Source of the DNA: Octopus vulgaris
Lineage: Eukaryota
NCBI GenBank assembly: GCA_951406725.2
Contig: OX597819.1
Span: forward strand, 23,126,001 to 23,190,000
Reading direction: 5' to 3'
Length of the DNA: 64,000 nucleotides
Made by a program: the position numbers and the translations under genes. The first letter of the stretch is position 1. The number at the start of each line of letters is the position of its first letter. This document shows, piece by piece, positions 1 to 13,273 of the stretch. The notes below the pieces were generated by a model. It had not been told where the DNA came from. It searched no databases and worked only from the letters and a program-made list of their open reading frames with translations.

Positions 1-499
1 ATTTTTTAAGATGAGTGTTTGTATTACTATTCACAAATAAGTAACTCACAGCTTTAACTTTCAGTATCTTTACACGTTACTGCTTGGTAAAACTTGTTTG
101 GAGTAGATAAAAATTTCCAGAGAGAAGGCACAAAATTCCAAATTTGTTCTAAAAGAATATCCGATATTTTAAGAGGATGCGAAATATAAAAAAAAATATG
201 TAGTTGGATTCGTGCCTTTTTCCTATAATTTTACTGTATAATTAAAATAACGGGAATCAGGAAATATTTTACTGATTCGATTTGCTGTTTAGAGGTAACT
301 TGCTCTACAACGGTTGTCACAGAATATTTACTGGGATAAGCATATCAAAATATTGGAGTTTTTTTCCAGTGTTTCATTTTAATGTCATTCATTTGACATG
401 TGCCGTTATTTGATAATCCACTTAATCTTGGCCTTAGGTCTTCCTGTACCGTTCACCTGTACATCGTGCAGCAAGACGCCTCCAATTATCCCAGATTTA

Positions 500-850
500 A
501 GCTAGTCATCTGTATCTTCCCGGGTGATGTTAAGTTGCTTCACATCTTGGGTTTCCCCATCATCCTTCGTGCCTCTAGCGGTAGTCATCGTATTGATGCC
601 TTCTGTATTTATTCTTCTGTCAGTCGGAAAACATGGCCAACACATTTCGCTCTTTTTTCCTGAATCTCTTGTGAGCTATACGCTGATTGGCTTTTCTCAA
701 CACTTCAGTGGTTGTGATTCTATCCCTGTAGATGATCTTGAGTATTCTTCATAGACACCATCGATATAATGCATTCAACCCTGAGTGATATTCTCAGTCA
801 TTTTCCAAATTTTCTCCTGCGTAGACAGATGTCGGCAGGACAAGACTTTG
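500..850 (-). mobile_element. Decayed RTE-clade LINE, C-terminal part of RT ORF
   Basis: Minus-strand translation across frameshifts gives WKMTENITQ..RILKIIYRDRITTTEVLRKA..IQEKRAKCVGHVFRL..LPLEARRMMGKPK. This matches the RTE consensus ETW...RRILxIxWxDRITNxEVL...GHVxR...RxRGRPK. Confidence 0.7.
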
Positions 851-989
851 TACATCTAAATATATAGCATATATATCCTACTTGATACCATATGAAGCCG
901 AAACAAGAGGCAGTTTAGGAGATAGCTATATATGAGCACCTTAAAGCAGTTCATGGGCCTTCATCAGAAGGGACTAATGTTTAAGCTAA

Positions 990-1880
990 TGAAAATAACT
1001 TAAATGCCAGCAACGAAAAGGAATTAAAAATTAGAGCATTATTACACATAAGGGAAAACGATATTTTCAGGAGATAAAGAAGAATCATATCCGAATCTAA
1101 AAGGATATCCAAATGAAAATATCGAAATAACGACATCATAAATATAATTATCGAAATTATAATACTTCGAAAACAAAACTACGGTAAGAAGTAATTGAGT
1201 TGAGAATTATCAGTTTATAATACTACACATAGAGTTTTCAGAAAATCGGTTTAATGAAATGAAAGAAATTATAGAAATTTAGCTGTACGTGGGATTTAAG
1301 AGATAGAGTGGTGGGGAATTATTAATTTAAAACATTATTCACAGAGATTTCACAATATGATCTTAATGAAATAATGAAGGAAATTACAGAATTTTAGTTG
1401 AACGTGGGGTTAATATGAAAAATAAAAATATATTAAGAAAGAAAAATATATTAGCTGAAGTTTTAGTAAAATTACAATTATAATAGCTACAATGTTTGCT
1501 ATCGAAACATTTGAAATTAGATGAATTCATTTTCCATGAAAAAATCGATTCCTCCAGAATTAAATTATAGCCATCATTCAGTAAATTTATATTTATATAT
1601 TTTTTAAATAAATGGATTAATCGCAAAAGAAAAAAAATAATTTTTTTATCGTGTAAACGAATTCAAATATACCTGAAGATATAAAGATGTTTTTGACAGA
1701 TACAAACATTTCATAAAGAAATCTTTCCAACATATTTAAAATTAAAAACAGAAAATAATGAAATCTCGGTGAATGTTTTAGACATGGATATTTTTATTAA
1801 AAATAAAACAGAAATATTTCATGCATTATATGATAAAGGGGGATACTCAAATATTTTATTTCTTTTCAGAGTTAGAAGAT
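990..1880 (+). mobile_element. Decayed Penelope-like element reverse transcriptase fragment
   Basis: Degenerate RT motifs in order: IPPELNYSHHSVNLYLY (~GIPMG..SP.LANLYL), FKYT*RYKDV (~FRYIDD), EIFPTYLKLKTENNEISVNVLDMDIFIKNK..LYDKG (~YP.EL.L..EN..V.FLDL.I..LYDKR). Many stops. (TA)n tracts on both sides; a CTGATGA motif on the minus strand at about 961-967. Confidence 0.6.
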
Positions 1881-1983
1881 TCATCTATTTTGAACAAATT
1901 TTATTCTTAAACAAATTAAATATTTGACACTTCTCACGTACTTGGAAGTAACACCCAGTACAAACTGTACATACACTCATACA

Positions 1984-2020
<37 letters not shown>

Positions 2021-2135
2021 GCACGAAACTTTCAGAACTTGAGTCACTCTGCTACTGCTGCTTTATTAATAAAAATAGATATATACATGTTTTGAGTTCT
2101 ATATATTTTGTTTGCATCACCATATATACATATTG

Positions 2136-2185
<50 letters not shown>

Positions 2186-2206
2186 ACATTCGCCAATACA
2201 CTACAT

Positions 2207-2290
2207 CAGTGGTTTCCATCCCCGGACATCTTGTGGTCCGCAAAGACAGTAGTGCGGGTCGTGGAGTCCCGTGAGCTAAATTCAAAATTT

Positions 2291-2373
<83 letters not shown>

Positions 2374-2998
2374 AGCGTTGTAGATAGCTACATAGTTGAA
2401 TGACATCCCTTGCCAGAAAGATCATAGAGTAACCCGACTTTCCTAAGTTTCTCGAAGCATCTGTGTCATGAGAAGTGATTCTTAATTATTCAAGATTGGC
2501 GTTTCTCTTGGAAGTTTCTGGAATGTCTAGCTTTCCATTAATAAAAACAGCTTGCTAACGCAGCTTCTCGCTTCTTAGTCGATTAGACTTAGAGCCATTC
2601 ACGTCGTTGCTATGTACATATATTTCTCTATGCCCTCTAGCTGATATGACTGAAAGCCACCAAAGATTATGGCAGATGTGACTGAAAGACACCACTTCGC
2701 TGTTGTTCTATATTTCCTATCTTTGAACTTCCTTGAAAGATTACTTCATTGAACTAGTTTCTATTTGATTCCATGAATTATCATCGATAGAAGAATTAGA
2801 TATATTTTTATGCAGTAAATGTATAGATCTTGAATACATTTTTTTATCTCTGTATGGACTCTTGTAGTAGCATACATGCAGCAACATCAACACCTTGTAC
2901 TGTCTATATATTTCATTACATATATATACATAAGGATAGGCATTTCAAAAGGGGTCCGTGAAAAAAGTTCATTTAAATTTAAGGGTTGGGAACCATTG
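2207..2998. mobile_element. Non-autonomous hAT (Buster-type) element
   Basis: Ends CAGTGGTTTCCATCC ... GGTTGGGAACCATTG form imperfect TIRs. Flanking 8-mers CACTACAT (2199-2206) and CACGACAT (2999-3006) are a TSD with one mismatch, nnnTAnnn type. Confidence 0.8.
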
Positions 2999-3439
2999 CA
3001 CGACATGAATGCGCAGCATATAATTTTTGTGACATAGGCACATGACCTTCCCATTGTTTTCAATACCAGATAAAATACAAAGTTAACACCTACGAGAATG
3101 GAACTCAGAACGTTAAAGAGTTGGAGAAACGTAACTAAATCCTCAGGCCACGATTTCCGACATTCTTCTCATTCCGTTACCTTCTCACCGAATTATTGTG
3201 TGGAATAAACTTATATTTAAGCAACAGCTCGATATAATATTCATTTTAATTTTTGGCACAAGGCCAGGAATTTTGAGGTGAGGCGACACGTTGATTACAT
3301 CGAACATCGACTGCATTACTTTACTAATACATTATTTTATCAAACACGAAAGTAAAAAAAGAGAAAAGGTAAATTAATCTCGGCAGGATTTGGACTTAGA
3401 ACAAAAAGAGTTGAAAGAAATACTGCATGGCCTTCATTT

Positions 3440-4561
3440 TTCCTATTTTTAAAATTGGTATCTTAGCTCTGATAGATAGACATTTCCCAGCCAACCATAC
3501 TTACAGAAAGCTCTTCAATAGACACAACTTAAAAATCAGCTCAGCTACCAATTTTAAAAATATAATCGCACACAACAAACAAAAACCACAATACGAAACC
3601 AGCTGTTCATGCAGGGATAAAAATTTGTGCCCGCTAAATGGAGCTTGCATGTCCGAGACCATTATTTATAAAGCCACCGTGGAGTCTATATCCACTAAGG
3701 AGACGGTTTCCACGGAGAAATACGTGGACCTTACAGAGGGTATTTCAAAGCCAGGTTCAATAATACACCTTGAGCTTCAGGTACTGAGATAAAAGGAAAC
3801 CGACCAAATTATCCAGTCATATATGGTCATTAAAAGATAAAGGTGTCAGTTACAACATCCATAGGAAGATCTTAGCCAAGTGTAAGCCCCAGACCAATGG
3901 CAGTGGAAAGTGCGGTCTATGTGATATGGAAAGATGGCTCATCTGGAAAAGCAGCTTAGACCCCGCTAAATGTCTGAATTCAAGAACTGAACTTTTCGGA
4001 TCATGCCCAAATATAGCCAAATATTTGTTACATTTTTGGTCCCCTCGAGATTACAGATAGAACTTGCTTTCTATATTGTGTCCACGTACAAGCTTTTTAT
4101 CTCTTTATACTTTTTACTTATATTTCTTCTTTATTTTTATATATATTTATATATTTTTATACGTAACTTTTTTACATATTTATAGAGATATTGGTTTATA
4201 GGTTATTTGCTTATATCTTTTACACGTAATTTTTTTTGTATTCTACCTTTCACCCCGCATTTTTCCCTGTGCGTATATAGACGTTTATATGGAATCTTTT
4301 GTGCGCGCGTGTGGATGTGTGTGTGTGTGTGTGTGCGGGTATGTGCGTACATAGATGTGTGCGTGTGTGCGTGCATGCGAGCATGTGTATATATTTAGAC
4401 GTGTTCTACTCGATTTGTTTACACATTTTCCGGTATTTTTGCTTTAGCCTTGTTTTTTCTTGTGTATATGTGCATATAGACGTGTGCATGAACTTTTTGT
4501 GCGCGTGTGAGCGTATATAGACGTGTGTATGAACTTTTTTGGTGCGCGTGTGGGGGGAGGA

Positions 4562-4599
<38 letters not shown>

Positions 4600-5033
4600 T
4601 TTGGCGAATGGTGCGGGTGAGAATGTGTACGTTTCAATTGAGGGTGGATGGGTCTATGTTTTTAGGCGCATGTACGTGGGTGTGCAGATGCGCGTGTGTA
4701 GGTATAGACATGTGCACTTACGCGAATACCATGAACTTTTATTCCCTTACTTTTACACCCTTCCCTCACTTAACCGTCATTCAAATAGCTCTTTTGTCTC
4801 TTTTGTCAATTACACAATAATTTCCCTTTGAACAACAGTCATTTTCATACCATTTTTGCGATGGCCGGATAACTGAAGAAAAGGCGGCGTAGATTTCCAC
4901 CTCGGCATCCGAAACTCGGAGTTTTATCATGGCTACTGAATAATTGTCACATATTACTTTTACAGATAAATTCCTCTAGTTACAGAATATCGAGGTCTCT
5001 TTCATTCTTTTGTTGTCTTACCATTTCTATCAA
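3440..5033 (+). mobile_element. Penelope-like element 3' fragment: GIY-YIG endonuclease remnant, 3' region and HHR
   Basis: LIDRHFP..KLFNRHNLKIS..CSCRDKNLCPLNGAC..IIYKATV..KYVDLTEG, continuing after a frameshift with LSSHIWSLKDK..CGLCDMER..CLNSRTELFGSC. HHR motif at 4864-4933; ends at (TA)n. Confidence 0.85.
4864..4933 (+). ncRNA. Type I hammerhead ribozyme motif (PLE-associated), stem II diverged
   Basis: GATAA-CTGAAGA-[loop]-C-GAAAC-TCGGA-GTT-TTATC. Stem I is GATAA/TTATC, extended by GCC/GGC; stem III is short. Confidence 0.65.
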
Positions 5034-5051
5034 TATATATATATATATATA

Positions 5052-5340
5052 CAGAAAGCAAACCAAATATTATATAATGGACTTCATTAGCTTACAGCTG
5101 TTTCTGCTAGATGTCGTGGACTCTTAATTGAGTACCAGGATAACAATCAATAGCTTCATCAGAGCTTTGAATATCAAGTGCACGTCATTTGGTAAAGTTA
5201 CATTTTCAGAACATAGAGGCGTTATGAGTGAGAAAGTTTATGTTGATGGCTATGGAAAGTGATATCCCAAGGCAGAAAAATGTATCTCTTTGTTTTCTAT
5301 TATCACTCTATTCTCATATAAGATTGTGTTCTGAGCCATA
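5052..5340 (-). mobile_element. PLE 3' fragment with hammerhead ribozyme (HHR 5089-5166)
   Basis: Minus strand: AGCT-CTGATGA-A-GCTA-[long loop]-TAGC-A-GAAAC-AGCT-GTA-AGCT, with intact core, palindromic stem III and GUA site. Upstream RKQRDTFF..LG resembles a PLE endonuclease C-terminus. Flanked by (TA)n. Confidence 0.75.
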
Positions 5341-5637
5341 TATATATATTGATTTCTACACCAGATAATTAGCCTCGCTATGCCTAAGCGATATATTTAT
5401 GTGTGTGTGTGTGTGTGTGTGTATGTAATTCGCACAGCTCCAAGTAAGGTGAGTAGAATGTAAATAAGTTACAAGGATCTACAGGTATCAATACATAACG
5501 GCCGTTTCGAGTGGCTTCATTTAATCAATCAATGAATACCAGAAACCAAAATAATTATGTTTCCTTATGTTATATATATGTACCAGAATGAATTTAGAAA
5601 CAAATGCATATCTTATTAAACCTACTATAATTTAGAG

Positions 5638-8528
5638 CAGGGGTGGGCAAACTACGGCCCGCCATAGGTTTTCATGCGGCCCGCCGAGAGCTTTTATGAA
5701 TCCCAACTTCTATGCAGATACTTCGTAACTGTTTCAGTTGTAGGGTAATTCACAATAGTTTGCATTTTATTTCAGTTTACTGTTTCGCGCCTTCACAAAA
5801 TTGTCCGCTGTTTGTTTGTTTCAGCTACTGTGAAGCGATGAAAATTTTCGAGAAATATTCCCATGACATCATAATAAAACACATTTCCGGGTGAAGATAT
5901 CTTTTCTGTGTTTTCTCATCAGACCCTACAAACTCAAAAATTAATAGAATAATGAAACAAGTATTGTGGCAATACAACGAGTCAATCGATATGCTTGAAA
6001 CATTCAAATAAATAAATCACGTGATAGATGGTGAAGAGGGCATGATGAACGATGCGTTTCGTTCCAATGAAGAAGCCGGCCAGGTTAATAAAAGGGCTTG
6101 AACCAGCTTTTTCTGGACACAGAGCTGTTGTTGGTTATCATTCACTCTATCGATTATTTGAATTAAGTAAAGACACGAGTGTTTCAAACTAGCTTTTGTT
6201 GTCTGATAAAATTTACCCAAAATGAGTTGTTCGAAGCTATCTAAAAAGCGAAAAATTGAAGAGGAATGTCGTGTTTTTAATGAAAATTGGACTGCAAAGT
6301 ATTTCTTTACCGGCGTTGGAGTGAAAGCTGCATGTTTGATTTGCTCTGAAACAGTTGCTGTGTTCAAGGAATATAATTTGAAACGCCACTTTCAAACGAA
6401 GCACGCCAATTTTGGACACAATTTATCAAAACAAGAACTGCAAAAGAAAGCAAATGATCTGACAAAACGTTTGAAGCAACAGCAAAATGTGTTTGATAAA
6501 ACTTCCTCTTTACAAAGAACGCGACAAAGGCAAGTTTTATATTGGCCAACAAAATTGCAAAGCAAAGCAAGTCATTCGCAGAAGCAGAATTTATCAAAGA
6601 TTGTATGGTTGATGCTGTCAGCGTTGTGTGTCCTGAAGTTAAGTCAAAAGTAGAAGCCATTTCCCTGTCACGAAGAACTATTGTTCGTCGCATTGATGCA
6701 ATTGCCGTGAATATTCATGAACAGCTGTTAACAGCCAGTGGTCGATTTCAGTGGTTCTCTATTGCTTTAGATGCGAGTACTGATATTCAGGAGACTACTC
6801 AGTTACTCATTTACATCAGAGGAATTGACGAAAACTTTGAAATTACAGAGGAATTGTTATCTATGGAGTCTCTCAAAGACACTACTACTGGAAAAGATTT
6901 GTTCAACAGTGTCATTAACAGTTCAATCAGGTCTGGATTAACCCTAAATAAACTGGCCAGAATTACAACCGATGGAGCTCCTGCACTCACCGGTAAACAT
7001 TCCGGCCTTGTGAAGTTGTTGAATGACAAAATCAAAGAAGATTTTCCACTACACAGTGTGTTGTCTTTTCACTGCATCATACATCAAGAAAGCCTTTGTA
7101 AGTCATCTTTAAAACTCAAAGATGTCATCGAACCTATGGTGCGTGCAGTGAATTTAATAAGATCACGGGGATTGAAACACAGGCAATTCCGAAGTTTCTT
7201 GGAGGATGTGGAGGCTGATTTTACTGATGTGCTGTACTACACAAATGTCCGCTGGTTAAGCATTGGAAAAGTTCTTAAGAGAGTATGGGACCTCAAAGCA
7301 GAGATTCTTATGTTTCTCAAAATGCAAGACATCTCCTGTGACTTTTTAAACGAAATGGAGAGTGACGAATGGGTTTGTGATTTTGCATTTGCTGTGGACA
7401 TAATGCAGAAGCTGAATGAACTTAACACAAAATTGCAAGGCAAAGGTATATTTGCTCATGAATTGTACCTGGAAGTGAAAGCTTTTCAATGGAAGCTTGG
7501 ACTTTTTGCCAAGCAGCTGAATGAGCAAAAATTTATTCACTTCCCTCCGCTGAAAACACAGTCTGTTACACAAGAATCATCGGACAAGTACAGTTCCCAG
7601 TTGATGGCTTTACAAAAGGAATTCATTAGAAGATTTGCTGATTTCAAGGCAGTTGAAGGCCTGTTCGATTTGCTTAACTCGCCTCTTGCCTGTGACATTG
7701 AAACAACTACCGAGGAACTGCAGATAGAACTGATTCATTTGCAAGCCGACAATTCTTTAAAGATGATGTTTAAAAGTAAACCACTGGTCGAGTTTTATGC
7801 TTCTCTACATTCAAAAAAGTTTCAAAATCTAAAAAAATTTGTGTTGTTTGCATCAACTTACATATGTGAGCAGACTTTCTCCATCATGAAAATTAACAAG
7901 GGGAAGAATCGATCACTTCTCACAGACTCAAATCTTCAGTCAGTGTTAAGAATCAGCACAAGCAACTTGACACCTAATTTTGACAAACTGCTAAATGACA
8001 GTAGTCAGCTGCATCATTCTCATTGACATTGTTATTTACAGAGCCGCTTTGTTTTTCAAATAAATGCTTCAGGTGACGTTTCTAATTTCAGATATAAATT
8101 CATATTAATAAACTGTTATTTCTCTTTAAAATCTTTTATTTTGGGTATCCTAGAATTTAAGTATAATATTCATCATGGTTGTCCATAATATTAAGAGGTG
8201 GTTGTCCACAATTAGTGCAGATTTTACTAGGAAAATTCCGTTCCTGGCAATTTGTAAGCAATAACGGGCTGTCCAAAATAACCGAGGTTCCTGTAATAAT
8301 TTCAACTATAGGAGCAAATAACCGAAAAACATGAACCCGATACTCTAAAAAATAAATTAAATCACTTAAACCAGGAATATTTCACAAAATTTCCTTTCAA
8401 TCAATTGTGTGTTTATAGGTCTATAACCGCCTTTAAAAATATTTTCACTTGATTTTTATAAATGGGGCCCGCCAAGGTTCCAAAGACGCACTGTGCGGCC
8501 CGCGATCAAAAAAGTTCGCCCACCCCTG
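5638..8528 (+). mobile_element. Full-length hAT DNA transposon, Buster/SPIN-like
   Basis: 16-bp TIRs CAGGGGTGGGCAAACT / CAGGGGTGGGCGAACT (1 mismatch). Perfect 8-bp TSD ATTTAGAG at 5630-5637 and 8529-8536 (nnnTAnnn). GGCCCGC-type subterminal motifs at both ends. Confidence 0.97.
6222..8026 (+). pseudogene. hAT transposase (GTF2IRD2/SPIN/Buster-like), one apparent 1-bp deletion near 6519
   Basis: ORF 6222-6653 has a BED-like zinc finger CLIC..KRHFQTKH. ORF 6542-8026 has DASTD, TTDGA, HCIIH, VRWLS and CEQTFS (DDE triad, CxxH, RW). Restoring one base gives LQRNATKASFILANK and a 601-aa protein. Confidence 0.93.
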
Positions 8529-8914
8529 ATTTAGAGAGTAGCAGAAGAAAATAGTGAGGGTCAAGATATAGGAGTGGTGAGATAGTTATTCATACTTAGA
8601 AGGATTTATGCACCATGTAGTCTATAACAATTTAGAATTAAATCCATTGGAAGTTGTCACTGTCTTTCTAGTTGATGGTGATGTATGTTAAATGCTCGAA
8701 ATACGAGACTAGAAAAACAGCCAACAACTGATGAAGGGTCGTTCTTTATGTTTGTTTTGATTTACATTTGTGTCTTTCGTTGTTCGGGAGAATAGTTCAT
8801 GTTCCATATACACGTGCTCGTATTTTTAGTTGTACAATTTTCTTGATGTCCTGTTCCCACATATGCTTATATATATACATATAGATGTATGTACATATAC
8901 GTATGTATATATGC

Positions 8915-8951
<37 letters not shown>

Positions 8952-9607
8952 TGGGGAGTGTATATATTTATATATGTATACATATATACATACATATATA
9001 TATATAAATATGGGGAGTGTATATATATATATATACATATACACATACATATATATATATACATACATATATATATATATATGAATTTTAACAGTTTATA
9101 TCGTATTATAATGTCAGTAATATTATTCTTAACACGGAAGATTTATCACTGCAATTAATTTTATAATCCATTCATGGAATTGTCAGCATACACGCTACCG
9201 AGAACAACATCAACTGTATCACGTGAACATATTCTGTGCACGCTATCTATAATCTACTACTTGCAGAAGAAATAGTTTACGTTATTCGGTCAAACGACAG
9301 ATGATAACGTATCCAATTTTGGGTTTATTTGTTTGTTATTTTGTTCCGTTTTTTTTTTTTTTGTTGGTTTCCTATTTTTTATTCTTTTTCGCATTACACA
9401 TGATTTATTTAAAACGTATCACCATTACAAGACAGGCTATTTGACAGTGCTGCATGAACCAAATGTATAAAGCTTAGTTCCCTCAACATCAAGAATGTTA
9501 CGTGTTATAGAGCTGCGTATTTCTGTGTTACTCATGTGCGTTTCTGTAGAGATGCTGCTTTGAATATTATTGTCGTATCGTCACACAACAAGTGATATGA
9601 TTTTACA

Positions 9608-10100
9608 TGTTTTAAATGTAGGAAAACGGCCACATTAAGGCAGAATTCCTTCCACGCAGTGCAAAGGCAACAAAGGCATCAAAAGGAATATGGCAACTCA
9701 GGTGAAGACGTCTACAAGCAAGGAGGAGTCTAAGAAAGAAGGACAATAAAAATGGATAAAACAACCAAAAAAGGAGAAAAACTGAGAAAAAGTCTGAGGA
9801 AAAAAGTGAATCCGCACCTTACTCCCACCCGATCCCAAGATGTCACACCCTCCCCTACAGTCACCAAACTCCCCTCCCCCTCCTGATACAGACAATTACA
9901 CAAACATAGAGGTACGCAAAACTCCCCAACCCCGAACCTCAAAAATGTATTTTGGTTTAATTTATAGTAAGTTACACAAAAGACTGAAGAACAGTTTAAA
10001 GAACACAACTATCCTACCTGTGTCGGTGGTCGTGGAAGGAGAGGTAGGGTTACCCGAAAACTCCTGATGCGTCCTGGAGCATGAGGAGGAGAGGTGAAAC
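9608..10100 (+). mobile_element. Possible non-LTR (Tx1/L1-like) ORF1 remnant
   Basis: Frameshifted zinc knuckle CFKCRK.GHIKAE(F) at about 9608-9650, followed by K/E-rich and P/S-rich low-complexity sequence and PVSVVVEG. Confidence 0.35.
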
Positions 10101-10364
10101 TAATGGAAAAGTTTGAGACAGAAATATTGGACATAGGCGTGATGTAAGTAAGTTACCGCCTAAGTTAAGCTTCACCGACCTATATTTTAATAATCAGTTT
10201 ATTAAAAAAATAAAGTGTAAAGGAAGTCACTCTGATGTGGGGTCGAGCGGTTTCATTCGATTTCGTTATTCATTTATTTCATTTTTCCCATACGCTTATT
10301 TTTTTTTTGTCCCCACTTATGTTTGTATCTGTCCCTCTGTGGTTAGCCCCTAATGGACAATAAA

Positions 10365-11430
10365 GAAATCGTTGTTACAATCATCTGAAATGGAACTGTC
10401 AAAGCGCGATATTCGAGCAATTTTGCTATTCAGCTTCAAAAATGACGTAAAGCAACTGAAACTGCTCGAGATATCAAATGAAACGTTTGGTGAGGAAATG
10501 ACGAGTGACTGGTCAGCTCGAAAATGATTTAAACGATTTCACAATGGAGATTTGAGTCTTGAAGATCGTGAGAGTAGTGGACACCCATCTGTCATCGATG
10601 ACGGTCAATTAAAGACTATCATTGAGAAAGATCCAATAAAACCACTCGAGAACTGGCAAAAGAACTTCAAGTTAACCATAAAACTGCCTACAACCATTTG
10701 CAGTCATCGGACAATCAAACAATCTCGACAATTGGGTACCACACAATTGGAATGAAAAATGCACAGATATGAAATTTGCACGTCGCTTCCTGTCCGTAAC
10801 CAAACCGATTCATTTCTCGACCGTATTGTAACTTGTGATGAAAAGTGGATTCTGTACAATAATAAAGAATGTTCTTCGCAGAAGGTTATCGTGACTGTTT
10901 GGTGGTGTACTGCTGGACTCATCCACTATAACTTCTTAAAACCCAGAAAAGCCATGACTGCGTAAACATATTGCCATGAAATTGCCAAAATGAACGAAAA
11001 ACTATTACTTCTCCGTCCTAGACTAGTCAACAGAAGAGGGTCAATCATTCTGCATGACAATGCCCGACCACACGTTTCACTAATGACGCTCCGGAATTTG
11101 AGGGAACTTGGTTACAAAGCTCTTCCCCCCGCCCAGATTATTCCCCAGACCTTTCTCCTACCGACATTCTATTTTTCAAGCACCTTGAGGGTTTCCTGTG
11201 AGAGAAGGAGTTCAAGAATCAAAATGATGCTGAAAGTGCATTCAAAGAGTTCATCAGCTCCGGAACTCCAGACTTTTATGTTACCGGAATAAACAAACTT
11301 GTAACTCGTAAGCAATAGTGTTGATTGTAATGGTGCTTACTTTGATGAATAAAATTCCCGCATTGTTGAAATATATTGTGAGGAATTTCATGCTTCAAAA
11401 CGTTGCTTACTTTTTACTTAGACTGACATA
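10365..11430 (+). mobile_element. Decayed mariner transposon (DD34D-type transposase pseudogene)
   Basis: From ATG 10390: MELSKRDIRAILLF.., SLEDRESSGHPS, DRIVTCDEKWILYNN, HDNARPH, and a YSPDLSPTD-like motif. Multiple stops and frameshifts plus an internal deletion. Confidence 0.92.
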
Positions 11431-13114
11431 TCATTTAATCAGCCATGCTAATTGTGAAACCAATGTGGGGACTAAGCGCATTTGTTACTTTAAACTCAAT
11501 TCCTGAAAGTGAAATATTTTATGATCCACTTCTTAGTTGATATGAAGCTCAGGAAATTCATTTATGATTGATATTGTCTTTCACACTTGCAAATGGTCAG
11601 GCATTATTTAACTAGGCACGAAAGGCCGGATGGCAGTTTTGACCTCGGTTGCATATATAAAGTGTATAAATTTTGTTTGGCTATATTGGTCAATATTACC
11701 GAGTTAGACCCTGCTTTCTGTGTTCTCTTCCCTGAGGATCTGGATTTGTTGATGGCTTGTGTTGAATGACCACATGCCATAAGGTCATGGCAGAAGAGGC
11801 GGTATCTCGACTAGATGGAGGACTGACTGAGATTCCGCTCAAAAGGTCGTCCGGGAGGTTCCGTGAATATATCGACACTCAATAAAGCAATGCACTGCAA
11901 TGATACATGACCCCACACTTGATCTGACACATTCAAATCCTCAGTTTTTATTATATTCTCGTTTTTATTTCTGTTTATCTTCCCAACATTAATGTACAGC
12001 ATTTTATTCTTCCTTCTTTGCAGTATTTTCACATGACTTGGGTATAGTGCAATACGTTCATTTTGTGTGATTTTAGAGACTCCTAAACTACTTTGATTCT
12101 TAGGAACAGTTTGAATTTGACCTTTGCTATTTATTCAGAATATGCACTCCAAAATAGTAAGTTAGGTTCTATCTACTTCTATTTAAATACAATAGAAATA
12201 GTTTCTCCTTGATTACATTTTTCTGTCTCAAAACACGCTACTTATGTCCTTCATTCATATTGATAGGAATACTTAACTCTAGTCGGATGTTTACTCAGCT
12301 CTTAGATATCTCAAACAGTTATTTCACTAAAGTTGAACAACTACAGAAATAATGTTTCGAATAAATATATAATACATTTTGCAACAGTTTCTTTTCTTAT
12401 TTGTTTTATTTTCAAAGAATCAAGCCATTCTCACTTGAAATGTCATCTTCATATTCTTGCTTAAAGTTAAATTCTTTCTTTCTTTTTACGATGCTGTAAC
12501 TGCCGTTCAATGAAGACTTTGGAAAGCTATTAACAGATGTTATTTCTAAGAATACGACATAAGCAAATTCCCATTGCCATACTAGAACAGTGCTGACCAT
12601 AACTATTTGTGTCTCAGTATAGCAACACTACATTATATATACAAATGAATATCTTCCAACTTGAAACAAATCGCTGCAACTTGTAGATTTTAGTAACGAC
12701 CATGCACTTAAGATTACCAATGGGGTAGTGGAAAAACTTCAGCGCCAAAATTTACACCAGCCCTGATCAATTGCTTACTCTCTATAAAGATCAAATGCTC
12801 GGATGACAATCCTACAAATAAACTGGCAAGGTGTTATATTTACCCAGTTTGTTGCTGCAAACACAACCTAATGGCTGATTTGCAAAAATCTTTTATGAGC
12901 ACAATCACAGACTATAATTTCTGTCACTGTTGTAACGTATCCAGTTTCGTTGTAACCAAACTCACATTGTATATTTTTTCTTCCCTTTCTTTCACACATT
13001 TCCTCCTAAGAATCGTTTCAATTCCAAATATTAAATATCGAATGCAGAAAGTACCACAGCCGGATTCTATGTTAGAGAATAATCATTAAAATTATGTCTG
13101 AACACTTATTATAT

Positions 13115-13273
13115 AATAAAGTTCTAGATTTAAGAGATGAGGAATTATGTACATTATTTACATTTGACAGATATTTGTCCTCATCTTGTTTGTTGTTAAC
13201 ACAACGTTTCGGCTGATATACCCTCCAGCCTTCATCAGATGAGGACAAATATCCGTCAAATGTAAATAATGTA
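13115..13273 (-). mobile_element. Short PLE terminal fragment with HHR and inverted duplication
   Basis: Minus strand CTGATGA-A-GGCTG-[loop]-CAGCC-GAAAC-GTT-GTG (13198-13238). 36-bp inverted arms at 13150-13185 and 13238-13273 (1 mismatch). Confidence 0.8.

Noticed and set aside
8694-8790. CTGATGA at 8728 as a possible HHR
   Set aside because: No downstream GAAA with a compatible stem II/III could be found.
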